A stretch of DNA of 57,184 nt, filler included, from Squatina squatina (taxonomy: Eukaryota): assembly GCA_031763465.1 (NCBI GenBank). It is 3 parts of 3 records of this genome, joined end to end, with 100 filler letters (N's around TTAATTAATTAA, not from the genome) between each part and the next. Parts side by side here need not be neighbours in the genome. Positions count along the whole stretch, not along the records: positions 1 to 25,749 come from JARFOE010000192.1; 2 more parts are not named here. One strand, written 5' to 3'. Under the pieces are notes generated by a model. The model did no database searches, was not told the DNA's origin, and was given only the letters and a program-made list of their open reading frames with translations. Shown in pieces: positions 10,458-23,173 of this stretch; the stretch's first letter is position 1, and every line of letters begins with the position of its first letter. Made by a program: the position numbers and the translations under genes.

Positions 10458-12027
10458 CGATTTCTTAAACTTGTAGAGCAGATTTGAAGACATTTATTTT
10501 ATACATCTTTCAACCATATGACCTGCAGGCTTGTATTCTTTCACACAATTGAATTTTATGTCAAATTATAAATCATTGCAGAATTGCAATTCGTCTCTTC
10601 TATTTCCAGGAAAGATTGCACTGGAGTCAATCTCTGAAGCAATGCAATCTCTTGCACATTGTTTTCCTGATACTGGGTGTTACCATAATCCTCAAAGGGT
10701 GAATGTAACACTGCATTACTTGAAAATCTGGATATTTCCACCTTCATTTACAGACCAGCGATGCGATGTATTGCTGTTCCAACATATTGAAATATGGAGT
10801 GGCAGGACATGGGTTTGTGACTGGAATATTGCCACATGATTATTTTCTCAGTTAGATTGTTGAGGGGGATGCAGATTTCTCCCCACACAAAGAAATAAGA
10901 GACAGAGTAAACTCAGACTATTCTATCCTGCAACATGCTGGTGGTCATCTCGAGCAGGTTTGGCCGCAGTCTACAACTGGTTCCTTGCCATCTTTAATCA
11001 AGACGTCAGGCATGTGTGGTGGGATAGAAGGGGAAATGCTTGCAAAATGGGAAGGGGATGTATATAAATTTAAAAGTTAAGAGTGTTGTCTCTGGTTCTT
11101 GAATCTAGACATTTTTCATGTCATCGAATTCTTGCTGCTTTAGTTTGACTTGTGTTAAACCTTTTCTGCCAGTACTTCTTCACTCACTATCTGCCGCATT
11201 CTTACAAAATGTTACTTTTTTAAAACAAGATATATATGAATTCTTCCATAGATACAGTCCATGTCCATATATAAACACTGTGAAATAATTATTATAAATA
11301 CCAGCAGATTTCCCGTGGCTTTGCTTGCTGTGATTCAGCATTGTGGTTTTTCATTCTAATTTCTATACGGCCTATATATTCTTCTGTTAAAGCTGAGTAT
11401 TGTGTTGGCGCAGTGAAGTGCCTCAAAGTGACTAGGGCGGTAGTTGCAGGTTAATGTTTTTTCTTTACTCTTTAATCTCCACCAGAGCGTTCAAGGTCCT
11501 TTGGAATGCTGCCACAAGCCTTGATCTCACAAGTTACTGTAAGATGAACCAATGACAAAGATGTAAGGTATACAAGAGCGCCCTCGTTAAACGCTTCCAA
11601 ATCAATACTGCACTAAATTCAAGACAGACCAGTGAGGTAAAAATAAACCTTCTCAAGAACTCCAAAAGGGACCAGGCTAAAAATAAAGCTCGCTTTTCAC
11701 TGAGAGTCTGCACTCTGGAGCTGATTCCTGTAAGATGAGAGAGCGGAGACAGCGCTCTTGTGAGTTACTTCCTCAATGATGTCAAGGTGCATTTCTGCGG
11801 AATGTAGTTAAGCAGATGATGCACAGGAGAACTCAGCGACTTCAGCAAAGCAATTGTAGATTTAGCCACACGTTTTCATCCTCGGTCTTTCAATCAGTGT
11901 TTTCCAAGAGAGATACGTGCAGCAGCTTCACAGAGCTACAGGCTAGGAAAGGTCCTGGTTGTTCTCGCTGGTCGTAGTGTTTGTATGGTAATTCTTTTGA
12001 ACGCCATATCTATGAGCTATCTCAAGA

Positions 12028-12128
12028 GCAAAACACTGCGGATGCTGTAAGTCTGAAATAAATACAGAACACGCTGGAAATACTCAGCAGGTCCATCACC
12101 ATCTGTGGAGAGAGAAACAAAGCTAACG
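12028..12128 (-). mobile_element. Penelope-like element terminal repeat fragment
   Basis: gcaaaacactgcggatgctg...ctggaaatactcagcaggtc...catctgtggagagagaaac, same family as 29245-29377, 30250-30350, 40390-40474 and 44129-44180. Confidence 0.6.
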
Positions 12129-12134
12129 GTGGCG

Positions 12135-12400
12135 GGGGGTGGATTTTAACCCACAAAAATGGGTAGGTTTGGGCTCAGGTGGGAAGTAAATATGCAAAAA
12201 CATCTCAAACCCGAATCCAACCCACTTCGAACCCGCCCACTTCTGGTTTTAATGGAGGCGGGATGGGAGGGTGGGCAACCAACCCGCTCCTGGGAGGTGG
12301 GTGCCTCAGGTTTTTTCTCTTTTACTTTAAAGCTGGCCGGCCAGGTTTCCCAAGCCCCGGGAAACTGGGCAGCTAATGGGAGACAAGGACTGCTGCATGG
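12135..12400. mobile_element. GC-rich DNA-transposon-like repeat, same family as 9197-9590
   Basis: Start ggggtggattttaac and shared internal blocks. Confidence 0.5.
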
Positions 12401-12402
12401 AA

Positions 12403-12501
12403 TAGGGTGAGCAGGTGTTGTGGTTTTGCCGGGACAGCCCTGGTTTTTCAGGACACGTCCCAGTGTCCCGGCACTTACCTTCAAATCGCTCAAATGTCCC
12501 G
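12403..12501. mobile_element. Left end of the same hAT family as 7162-8173
   Basis: tagggtgagcag...ttttcaggacacgtcc...cttaccttcaaatcgctcaaatgtcccg; truncated just before the repeat array. Confidence 0.7.
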
Positions 12502-12504
12502 AGT

Positions 12505-12980
12505 TAGAGGATCAGCCACGATCTTGTTGAATGGCGGAGCAGGCTCGAGAGGCCGAAAGGCCTACTCCTGCTCCTGCTTCCCTCTGGGCCCGCACCCCCG
12601 CCCCCCCNNNNNNNNNNNNNNNNNNNNNNNNNNNNNNNNNNNNNNNNNNNNNNNNNNNNNNNNNNNNNNNNNNNNNNNNNNNNNNNNNNNNNNNNNNNNN
12701 NNNNNNNATGGGCTTTTATCTTGCAGCTTAACCTTTTGTGAGGTACCTTGTCGAATGCCATTTAGAACTGATCTTTGGAATTCTCTGCCCCAGAGAGCTG
12801 TGGATACTGAGTCATTGAATATGTTCAAGGCTGAGATAGATAGATTTTTGGACTCTGGAGAATTCAAGGGATATGCGGATTGGGCGAGATAGTGGAGTTG
12901 AGGTCGAAGATCAGCTATGATCTCATTGAATGGCGGAGCAGGCTCGAGGGGCCGAATGGCCTAATCCTGCTCCTAATTCT
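12505..12980 (+). mobile_element. Cluster of CR1 3'-end fragments, gap-interrupted; short minus RT piece at 12708-12761
   Basis: Two copies of the CR1 3' UTR (gaatggcggagcaggctcgag..gccgaa.ggccta.tcctgctcct), LWNSLPQRAV..FKAEIDRFL, and on the minus strand AFDKVPHKRL. Confidence 0.75.
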
Positions 12981-15710
12981 TAAGCCCTCATGTTCTCTCT
13001 TCATAACTGAATCCCCTCCTCCTTGGTAAACCTCCTCTGTACCCTTTCTAAGGGCTTTACCTCTTTCCTGAAGTGTGGTGCTCAGAATTGTCCACAATAC
13101 TCACGCTGGGGCACAACGACTTAAAAGGAAATAAGTTGCAGGGCGATGGGGAAAGGGCAAGAGAGTGGAACTAATTGGACAGCTCGTTCGTAGAGCAATG
13201 CAGGGTCGATGGGCCGAATGACCTCCTTCTGTGCTGTATCATTCTATGACTCTGTGTGTCAACAAATTTGAAAACTAAAGCAGGAAAGTTACTTGTGTTA
13301 TTATTAAATGTATCAGGAGCATTTTATGAATACAAGAGCACCAAACGTGCACCGTACAGTTGTATGTGTCCTTGGGTTAAAAAATATAAAACACGTTGAA
13401 AATCATTTGAGTAAAAGAAAACCTTCTGATCAACTCAATCAATTTAGTAGTCTTTTCATACTGAGATCAACTGTGATCCAAGGAGATACCTGGACAAATA
13501 ACCAAGACAGAATTTTGGATAAATTTGGGAAGATACTAATGAAAAGAAATACTGCAAATCCTAAAAATAGGTTTAACCTTTTTAAGCACCATTGAAAATA
13601 GCTAGAGTCCTACTAGGGTCAGCAGTGTTTCATATAATTAAACAGGTTCTAAATTATAATGTATATAAATGGCACACATTGTAGCTTGTGGAAACGTAGT
13701 CTTGGTCACGACATCACTGGATGGTTGTTAATATATGCAATAATAATGAACAATTTGGAGGATTCCAATGCCAATCTCATTCATCCTAAGAGAATTAAGT
13801 TTTAAATGTAAGTATATGTTGATTTATTCTCTTCATCTCTGTGCATTTCTTTAATTCCATTTTGTAATGTTGGGTATTATAAATTTACATTTCCATACAG
13901 AAAAATGATGTGTTTTTAACAACTGCGAGGGATATGTACNNNNNNNNNNNNNNNNNNNNNNNNNNNNNNNNNNNNNNNNNNNNNNNNNNNNNNNNNNNNN
14001 NNNNNNNNNNNNNNNNNNNNNNNNNNNNNNNNNNNNNNNGTCTACCATTAAGCACTTTTTCTTTTCTGGTTAGCTATTGACAGACCTGCATGTGTTTCCA
14101 GCACTTACTGTTTCAGATTTCCAGCATTTGTAGTTTTTCCTTTGTAAATTTGACCTTTTACCTATCAGTGCATCTGTGTTGGGCTCCTATCTGAGCAAAA
14201 CACCATCTGGAAGAATCTCCGGGTCAATGAATCTCATGAGGCAAGTTTCCTAGAGATGCTGGATCATCTCAGAAATGTTCACTTCCTTTAGTGCTTCAGT
14301 ATATGGATTAGAAGGCTGGTGATTCAGACACACTGTCTGCTGTGCCAGATTTTTGCTACAGCAGTATGATTAGGATAATTGGGTAATAGGTGACAGATTG
14401 TACTTGCTCTGTTTACATGCCGTTCATCCCCTATCTTTTGAGGGAGCCGTTCACTGTACTATTTTTCCCACTGGTCTGGGAGAAAGTGGGGATTAGGCTC
14501 CACAAATTCATATAGGTACTAACTGTTCATATGTGCTGTCAATCCTCTTTCCATTTGCCATTAGTTTCAGCATTGCAACTAAAAGCAATGTTTTAGTTGC
14601 ATTTACATATGGACTCCATCCCATTGCTAAATTTTTAATCAGTATATGGCAACATAAATAATGTGCCAATAAGTCAACTAATACAGACAAATTCAGAAAT
14701 CTGATGACAGATTTCACATTTCAGTATTTTCAACTATCCCTCCATGGGGTGGGTAGGGAGGAGGGGAGACCTTGGTATAATATGGTCAAAATGCTACTAT
14801 TAAGCTAGACGTAGCCCATTGGAGGTTAAGTTCACAGAATATTAGAACCATTGATGCAGATTAAGGTGTCCCAATTGGCAGGCTTGTTAATTGTTATGGG
14901 GCATGGTTTGTTAGCACCAGCCCTGGAGCAACAGCCTCCGACCCTTAATTTGGGCCTTTCTAGTTTCTTTGGGATAGTGCGATGTCGGTGGATTTCGTGC
15001 CCCCGGCGCCTAGGACTTTGAACTGTGGGGGCGCTGACACTAATTCTGGGGGTGATTGTTTTACGCCCATAAAACGCCAAAAACACATCGAGTTAGNNNN
15101 NNNNNNNNNNNNNNNNNNNNNNNNNNNNNNNNNNNNNNNNNNNNNNNNNNNNNNNNNNNNNNNNNNNNNNNNNNNNNNNNNNNNNNNNNNNNNNNNGCCC
15201 CTACGTCACATTCCTGGTCAATATGGGTCAACTTCTCAATGTGTCCTTCATATACACCCTGTAAGGGTCTAGTTTGAAAACCTATGCTGCACACCATGCA
15301 TTATAGTGTAAATGAGGTGGATTTGAAAAACAGCCCTGTAGTTTCCACCCTGCCATCCCCACTTTTTTCCCTGAAGTTTTTGCTCACTTCATTTGTGGTA
15401 ACTGATAACTGAATAAAACAGTTAACTAGAGCTTAGAGGTGGTACCTCACAAAGCCAAGGGTGCATGTACTGTCACCTATGCTGAATAAGCAAATAGGTT
15501 GCAATGTCCAAGCTTGCATTTGGTTCCTTCAAAACAAGTTACAGTTAAGGTCCACCAACGCTCTGAAGTCATCAGATGCCTCTGTTGCTCTTCAGATTTG
15601 TTGACTTATTGACTGTTATTTTTGCCTTTTAACCAGTAAAAGGCTGCAATGATATTTCTATACTATTTGGGTCATTGACTGGATACTTTGGATATTTAAG
15701 ACTGGGTACT

Positions 15711-15870
15711 CCAGGGCTGTGCCTCTGTTTGCAGGGGTTCCTGGGACAGGGTGGTTGCCTGTGTTTGCAGGGGATTCCTGGGGGTGTGCCTGTATTTGCA
15801 AGGAAACCCCAGGGGTGTGCCTGTATTTGCAAGGAATCTCCAGGCATGTGGCTGTACTTGCGGGAGGTCC
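15711..15870. repeat. Short ~31-bp tandem repeat, about 5 diverged copies (GGGTGTGCCTGTATTTGCAAGGAAACCCCAG)
   Basis: gggtgtgcctgtatttgcaagg at 15782 and 15813, with more diverged flanking units. Confidence 0.75.
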
Positions 15871-16149
15871 TTGCACACAAGTTGCTGGTGTCCAGCACAC
15901 TAATTGGACCTCTGTGGAATGGAAACTCTTGTGAGCTGCTCTTATAGGTGTTTGTAAACAAGTAGTTCAAATATAAAGGTGGAAGTGACCACCAATCCAC
16001 CAGCACCACTTGTAGCTGCTGGCTCCTGTTGGGGTTTCTCTTCTGCCCTCTAATATCTGACTACTCGTGTCCAATACAAAAACATGAAATGGATCAACAC
16101 CACAGAAAAAAGTGACTTCCCCTGCCTCTGATTACGTAGAATTACATAA

Positions 16150-16571
16150 AGACAAGAAAGACTTAAATATATATAGCACCTTTTAATGACCACTGGATAT
16201 CTCAAAGTGCTTTACAGCCAATTAAGTGCTTTTGGAATGTATTCACTGTTGTACTGTGGGGAAATGTGGCAGCCAATTTGCGTACAGCAAGAGCCCATAA
16301 ACAGCGTTGTGAAAATGACCAGATGTTTTTTTTAATGTTAATTGAGAGATAAATATTGGCCACGTCACGAGGGATAACTCCCCTGCTCTTTGAAATAGTG
16401 CCATAAGATCTTTTACATCCACCTGAGGGCAGACGGAACCTCTAACACCTCATCCGAAAGATGGCACTCCCACAGTACTGCACTGGAGTGTCGGCCTGGA
16501 TTTGGAGTGGGACTTGAACCCACAACCTTCTGACTTGGAGAGTGTGTTGTCCACTGAGCCACCGCTAACAC
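16150..16571 (-). mobile_element. SacSINE1/Deu-domain SINE, near full length
   Basis: Minus strand starts gtgttagcggtggctcagtgg...gggttcaagtcccac (A/B-box tRNA head), has the central gatgtaaaagatc..atggcactatt Deu block and ends gctatatatatttaagtctttct. Confidence 0.85.
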
Positions 16572-19500
16572 ATAGAATATACAGCACAGAAACAGGCCAT
16601 TTGGCCCAACCAGTCCATGCTGCTGTTTATGCTCCACTCAAGCTTCCTNNNNNNNNNNNNNNNNNNNNNNNNNNNNNNNNNNNNNNNNNNNNNNNNNNNN
16701 NNNNNNNNNNNNNNNNNNNNNNNNNNNNNNNNNNNNNNNNNNNNNNNNATACCAATATAATAGAATATTTTGCCAATAGGCAATATTGCATAGTTAGTTT
16801 ACTTATGAGAAAGTTTAATCCACTGATGTCCACACACTTATGATTTCTAGGTCGAACTTTCCCATATGGATTAAGTCAAATTAAACAGCAGCACTACTGC
16901 AGCATCCTTTCATGTTAGTTTTATTGCTTTTCATTACTCTGTAGCTTATCTAGATATTTCCACAAGGAGCTAAACAAACATATTTCCTGCCTTTTAATAA
17001 AATGACGGTGTGTAAAATAAATTTCCCTGGTTTTTAGAGGTGGCACATCTACGTTGTTTGCAATAATCTCAGTCAAGCAATGATTGTGCTCTCAATGACA
17101 TTTCAATAGTTGTGGGAGTGGTGATTATATTGACATAGTGTGAAGCAGTGTTGAAGCAGATAACCTTCAATCAATGGTAAACAGATTAATTTTTATTCAA
17201 ATTGGGGAACTTGCTAAAATTGATTATTTCTTTGCAATTAAGGTAATTTTCCACTTTAAATTTAATTTGTTTCAGTTGAGCCACCATCCTATGACTGTCA
17301 ATAGCTCAAAGAGGGACGCGCTTAGTGATTTTATACACATATTGAGAGACATTACTGATGTACAAAACCTTGAATCAACAGATTACTTCCAAGGGATGGA
17401 ACTTTTAAAAATAATTTTAAATTCAGCTTTATTTTCCCATGTTTTGCTCTCTCTAGGATTTTAAGAGGTTACCCGTTTCCTTGTTCACTGTCTGTGAGAA
17501 TTCTACATTTTGATTGGCTGCTTAGACAGTCTGTCGATGTCACAGCAGCTGGCGCTCGGGGATTCCCNNNNNNNNNNNNNNNNNNNNNNNNNNNNNNNNN
17601 NNNNNNNNNNNNNNNNNNNNNNNNNNNNNNNNNNNNNNNNNNNNNNNNNNNNNNNNNNNNNNNNNNNCTTAATTTTATTTCTAATAGTACTTTTAGCTGT
17701 AAAGTTAACAAATTCAAAACAGGTTTTATCACTTTAGTTGTCTTACTCTGGATGTGGATGAGCTGAAAATATTTCATTCAGCACACTGGGGAGACTTTAA
17801 CAGGTTAGGATTATAACAGGATTGTAATGTCTTTCTTTATTCGCACAAAGCCCCGTAAATGATGAAATATTCTACGGTTAGTGACGTTCTGATGGCCAGT
17901 TTGTGCCTGTGATTCCCCTCGTGGTCAGTTTCACAGTCTGAGACGGATGATCAGGAGTCGGTGCACAGTAAAATACTGTTATTCTTTTGGGTTTTAACTA
18001 TGTCTTTCTGGGTTCACTCTCTTAGACCACTCGCATAGGCAAGCCTTTACTGTCCACGACCTGCACACTAGCTACACGTTTCGTAGTAATCCCAGAGACC
18101 AAACAGAAAAAAAGCCTGTTGCTGCTTTTCTGCCACTGATTTATGTCATGCCCTCCAGCAATCCTCCTCAGTTTTGGAATGAGGTAGAATAAACACTTCA
18201 TTAGATTATTGCTAAGGCTGTAAACTGTCAAACAGATTTATTAACCAGTAAATGGGTATCTGGCCTATCAGTCTATCTCTGATGAACAGAGTCAACAATA
18301 TATTGTAAATTCATAGTGGTTACAGACTTAAATCTGGCTCCTCGGAACCATAGAAAATAAACACAACCCAACTGCAATGTAAACCAAACCAGCCACACAA
18401 AGAAATNNNNNNNNNNNNNNNNNNNNNNNNNNNNNNNNNNNNNNNNNNNNNNNNNNNNNNNNNNNNNNNNNNNNNNNNNNNNNNNNNNNNNNNNNNNNNN
18501 NNNNNNATCAAGTAACATCACATAAATGGACTCAGCCTGATAGGCTGTCTTACTGTTGATGACAAATGACTGTTTGAAGAGTACTGAGACCAAGAGTTGA
18601 TGACGCATGAATTCAAAATACCAATTTAGATTAATTTTGGCAGTATTAATTACACATAAACGATTTATTAGTAATCACATCTTGGTTCCCAATAACTAAT
18701 TATAAGTGGCTTGCAGTAGTGTGTAGTGAGCTATCCCATTAGTCAGTTTTAGAATCAATTTATTTTCTGGGATCTCTGACCCTCACCACCCCGAGAAAGG
18801 AAAATACGGAAAACCATATTTCATGTCCACACGTAATAAATGTTCTGACTATATTGTTGGAAAGAACATTTCTAGATTTTGGATTCATATCTATAAAGGT
18901 AAAAAGGCTAAGCAAATTTTACCAGGATGAAGACGAATAGAGCATCCATTCTGTTATTTGAAGGAAAGTATGCTTGGTTGGAGAAATAATGGCACTGCAA
19001 GGTTAGGTGCCTACTTCATCACTGGGCCCTGGTACAGTGTGTCAGGAGTTGCATTAAAACCATTGAAGGCATCCATTGAATAAAGTATATATACCTCATC
19101 CAGAAGAGAGTTTAATGTTGTGGAATTACAAAGCTTTATCATGCTGCACAAATACATCTGACACTGTGTATTAATCAAATCTCGGTAAATCGATGACCAT
19201 AACACTATGAAGGAAAGAGGCAGCAGATGGGTTTGCAGCAATGCAAGGATACAGGACAAATAGTCCTCTTTCGTAACCCAAGTATAAGCCACGTTGGGTT
19301 GTTGGCTGTTGCGGTTAGCCTATGCTGCAGCTAACTTGTTTGTGTCTGTCAAAGCAACAATGCTCTTTAGTTTTAATTTTGAATTAAAATTTAGGGGAAA
19401 AGAGCCATGTGTGCAGTTCCCTTGTGGCTCAGGTTGAAAATGAGTTGGCATTTGACTCATACAGACAGGAGGGTCCTATCTTCAATGGCCAATCTATGTT

Positions 19501-19853
19501 GAATTAGCCCATACAATGAGGGTGCCTCAAAGCTAGGGTTTGAAACAAAACAAAATGGGCTCCAAAATTTCCCGTGATAAGTTACTTAAAATTTGTGAAA
19601 ATGAGTCTGGAATTCCCAATGCCGATGCTTCTTAGAGCAGAATCTGGAAGAATTCTGCTGATCAGTTCATTAGATGTCCACTGGAGGATCTGCAGCACAA
19701 ACCCTCCATAAAACAGGGGTAACGTGCTCTGGGTGCTTAGCCAGGTCTAGCTGNNNNNNNNNNNNNNNNNNNNNNNNNNNNNNNNNNNNNNNNNNNNNNN
19801 NNNNNNNNNNNNNNNNNNNNNNNNNNNNNNNNNNNNNNNNNNNNNNNNNNNNN

Positions 19854-20081
19854 GGACAGTCCCGGTTTTTGAGGTGTCCCGACACTTACCTCAAAATTGC
19901 TCAAATGTCCCGGTTTTTTGTGCCCAGTCACCTGCGCATGCGCATTCCCGGCGGAGAACACATTGTGCACGCGCATTCCCGGCGAATAACGCACTGCACA
20001 TGCGCAGTTCCGGTGAAGAGCGGCCTGCACATGCGCAGACTGATTGTCGCGGTTTGGGACTGTTCCGATCTGGTCACCCTA
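19854..20081. mobile_element. Short copy of the hAT family of 7162-8173, only ~4 repeat units; left end in gap
   Basis: cttacctcaaaattgctcaaatgtcccgg...ctgcgcatgcgcattcccggcggagaac...cagactgattgtc.cggtttg...TCTGGTCACCCTA. Confidence 0.8.
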
Positions 20082-22748
20082 ACACTAGCCCCTTTCCACG
20101 TCTCATTTCGTTAAAATGCGAGTGTTCCCTCTGGGCACATGTGCATCAACCTGACTAAATGAATGCATCAGGATCTAATTTTTCTCCCCTTTTTCCGTGC
20201 TCAATACCAAATACCGGGACATATATCCCTTTGAGAGCATAAATCCTGCAAGGAGAGTCACCAAAAGATATTTTTCTCCTCCTCCTCCCCAGTCTGCGGA
20301 CCCTGGCTAATGATGACGCTGCTGTACCTTTAGTAACCTACCCTGTACCCTGATAGCCTCGGGCTCCTGCAGTGTTCCACCTGACCTGAAGCAACTCTTG
20401 CATTAAAAGCGATTCTGTTAACTGATCTCCCTGGAATTTGTTGATGTCATGTTTGTCCATTGGTTGCAATATGCTGAGCTGTGGAGTGTGTGGTTATCAT
20501 CAGCGTTTAGTTGGGGTGTGTCCGCCTATTAAAGGATGTGGTGCGTTTTAACTTCACCTCAGTCGACTTGCAAGGACTTACCTACAATCGGCAGCAGCAG
20601 CAGAGATAAAGTAACTGGAGAATGACTACTTTGAACGGCATGAAAAAGTTCTGGAAGGTGTGTAAAAGGAACAGTGGAACTGGATGTAAAAATGCACGGT
20701 TTAAAGATGAGTCTGCTTGATACACTCTCGCAGGGGAGTATAGATTACAGTGTCTTCCCTTGAAACCAGTTTTGTTCACTGGATAGGGGAAAAAAATAGT
20801 CTGTTACTTGCTATGTGGCCCGTAAGAGTAAACAATACTTTACAATGTCATACCATTCAGTCCATTTGCTTTCTGACAACACAGGTCAAGGCTGTTCATC
20901 ATGTTCCAAGAGGGAGCATACCAGAGGTAGTTAATCTTCTGTGACGGATTGGATTTGTATATGGAATAATAAAGGTGAAGTAAAGATTTTGACAGCGGCC
21001 CTANNNNNNNNNNNNNNNNNNNNNNNNNNNNNNNNNNNNNNNNNNNNNNNNNNNNNNNNNNNNNNNNNNNNNNNNNNNNNNNNNNNNNNNNNNNNNNNNN
21101 NNNCCACCCGGAGACATCGCAATTTCAGGGCCATTAACAATCAAGGATCACATAAAGCATTTTGGATGTTTTCCAGTATTAATGAATAAACATAAATTTC
21201 AACCCTTTTCGACCGGGGAGATTTAAATGGGTTTTATTTGTTTAGCCTGAAAACTGGGCACTCTACTTATCGGCACAGAATAATGGCCAGTCAGGACATG
21301 AGTTATAGAGGTCCAAGAGGTCCTTCTTTGATATACTAATCGATGGCATGTAACACCAACCTAGTACTTCATACTTATGTATATAATTCACCCAAGCTAT
21401 CCATTATTCAATACACACACTCATTAATGTGATAACATTACAGTCTTGTCTTTGGCAACATTAAGTCTGGAGAACTTTATACCAATTATCTTGGTAAACA
21501 TCAATATTCTGATACGAGCTGTACTGGGATGACAGACATTACAAGACTGCTCAATTAGGGCAATCAATAGATTATCTGACATTTAGACTGTAATTTTGCC
21601 AATTTCCTCAGCAATTTTGCTCATGATATCAATTTTTAACCTTCTGCAGATTTAATCCATTTGCTCGTTATTAGTGCCGAATAATTTGTGCTTCAGTCCA
21701 TCCATTTCATTACAAATTCACTCCTTTCTTGCTATGAGCAGTGGGTCTGAGAATGGCATTATAGGTGCCTGGTGAACCATATTATCAGACACAGAAGCCT
21801 GAGCCGTACTATAAAGTATCCGAGGTACCCGGTGTGGGTGTTCATCGCCAAGCGGGTGCAGGCTACCGTACAAATGAAGGAGCTGCCTCATGCTGCTGAC
21901 GGAGTATTCGAGCACTGTGCCAAACCTGCACAACACCCTTGGAGCAGATGCGGGGAGGGTGTGGGTGGGGCACAGCACGAACTATATCAGAAAAGGAAAA
22001 AAAATGTTACAACGTCAAGTTTTTTTGTGCTTTCTGTAGCTAATCATGTTTCCAATTTGTTACTAATCAGTCAACTTACAGGAACATCTGCAGTTCATGA
22101 AATTTTATTGGCAAAACTTCAAAAAGCTCTGCACATGTATTCCACACGGGAGGAATGAAATAATCATTTCAATCGCACACAAGATGTTTTTTGACTATGG
22201 AAAGATTAACTTCAGCAGGATTTCTCATAATGCAAGAAGCCTAACCTGTCAGGAAAACTAATGGCTGTGAATCAGGCTGTAAATCAGGCTGTAACTAAGT
22301 CAGAGGTACAAACTTCTACAAGATATATACAGTATTAAAACTAGCTTAAAATCTAAACATTGTGGGGCCGATATTTGCCTGCGCCTCGTGTGGGGGCAGT
22401 TACTCTCCGGGTCTGGGACTTTTAGCGCCCAGCCTGTAAATACTGCCCTTGGTGTGGAATTCAGCTGACTGCCCCGGTGATGTCTCCAGCTTCATTTGGG
22501 GACGGTGTCGGAGTGCTGCCGGGGCACTGCGTTACGTGCTACGCGGAACTGACGCACTACAACGCCCCTCCCCTTGAGTTAAAGGGGAGGGACACTGCGC
22601 ACTCTGCAGCACCCGCCGATGGCCGCTACTGGGCCACCAGGGGACGGTNNNNNNNNNNNNNNNNNNNNNNNNNNNNNNNNNNNNNNNNNNNNNNNNNNNN
22701 NNNNNNNNNNNNNNNNNNNNNNNNNNNNNNNNNNNNNNNNNNNNNNNN

Positions 22749-23173
22749 CCTTTCACAACCTCAGAATGTCCCAAATGCTTTAATGCAAATGGTGTTTTTG
22801 GAGTGCAGTCTCTGTTGTAATGTGCGAAACGCAGCAGCCAATTTGCACACAGCAAGCTCCCACAAACAGCAATGTGATAACGACCAGATAATCCGTTTGT
22901 AGTGATGTTGATTGAAGGATAGATATTGGCCAGAACACCGGGGAGAACTCCCCAGCTCTTCAAATAGTGCCATGGGATCTGTTCTGACCCTCTGAGAGGG
23001 CCTCGGTTTAACGTCCCTTCCGAAGGACGGCAGCCCCCGTCAGTACAGCTCTCCCTTAGTACTGCATTGGAGTGTCAGCTTAGATTTTTGTGTTCGAGTC
23101 TCTGGAGCAGGACTTGAACCCACAACTTTCCTGATTCAGAGAGAAAGAGTGCTACCCACTGAGCCACAGCTGA
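22749..23173 (-). mobile_element. SacSINE1/Deu-domain SINE
   Basis: Minus head cagctgtggctcagtgggtagcactc...gggttcaagtcc and Deu core agatcccatggcactatttgaagagc; 3' end runs into the gap. Confidence 0.85.

Noticed and set aside
10750-11960. Possible last Arp3 exons or other coding exons (acceptor-like sites near 10753 and 11485)
   Set aside because: No frame resembles the Arp3 C-terminus (AVWFGGS, CRHNPVF); frames are short and unrecognisable.
17174-17464. 96-aa ORF with an acceptor-like site
   Set aside because: AT-rich, no convincing donor and no recognisable protein.
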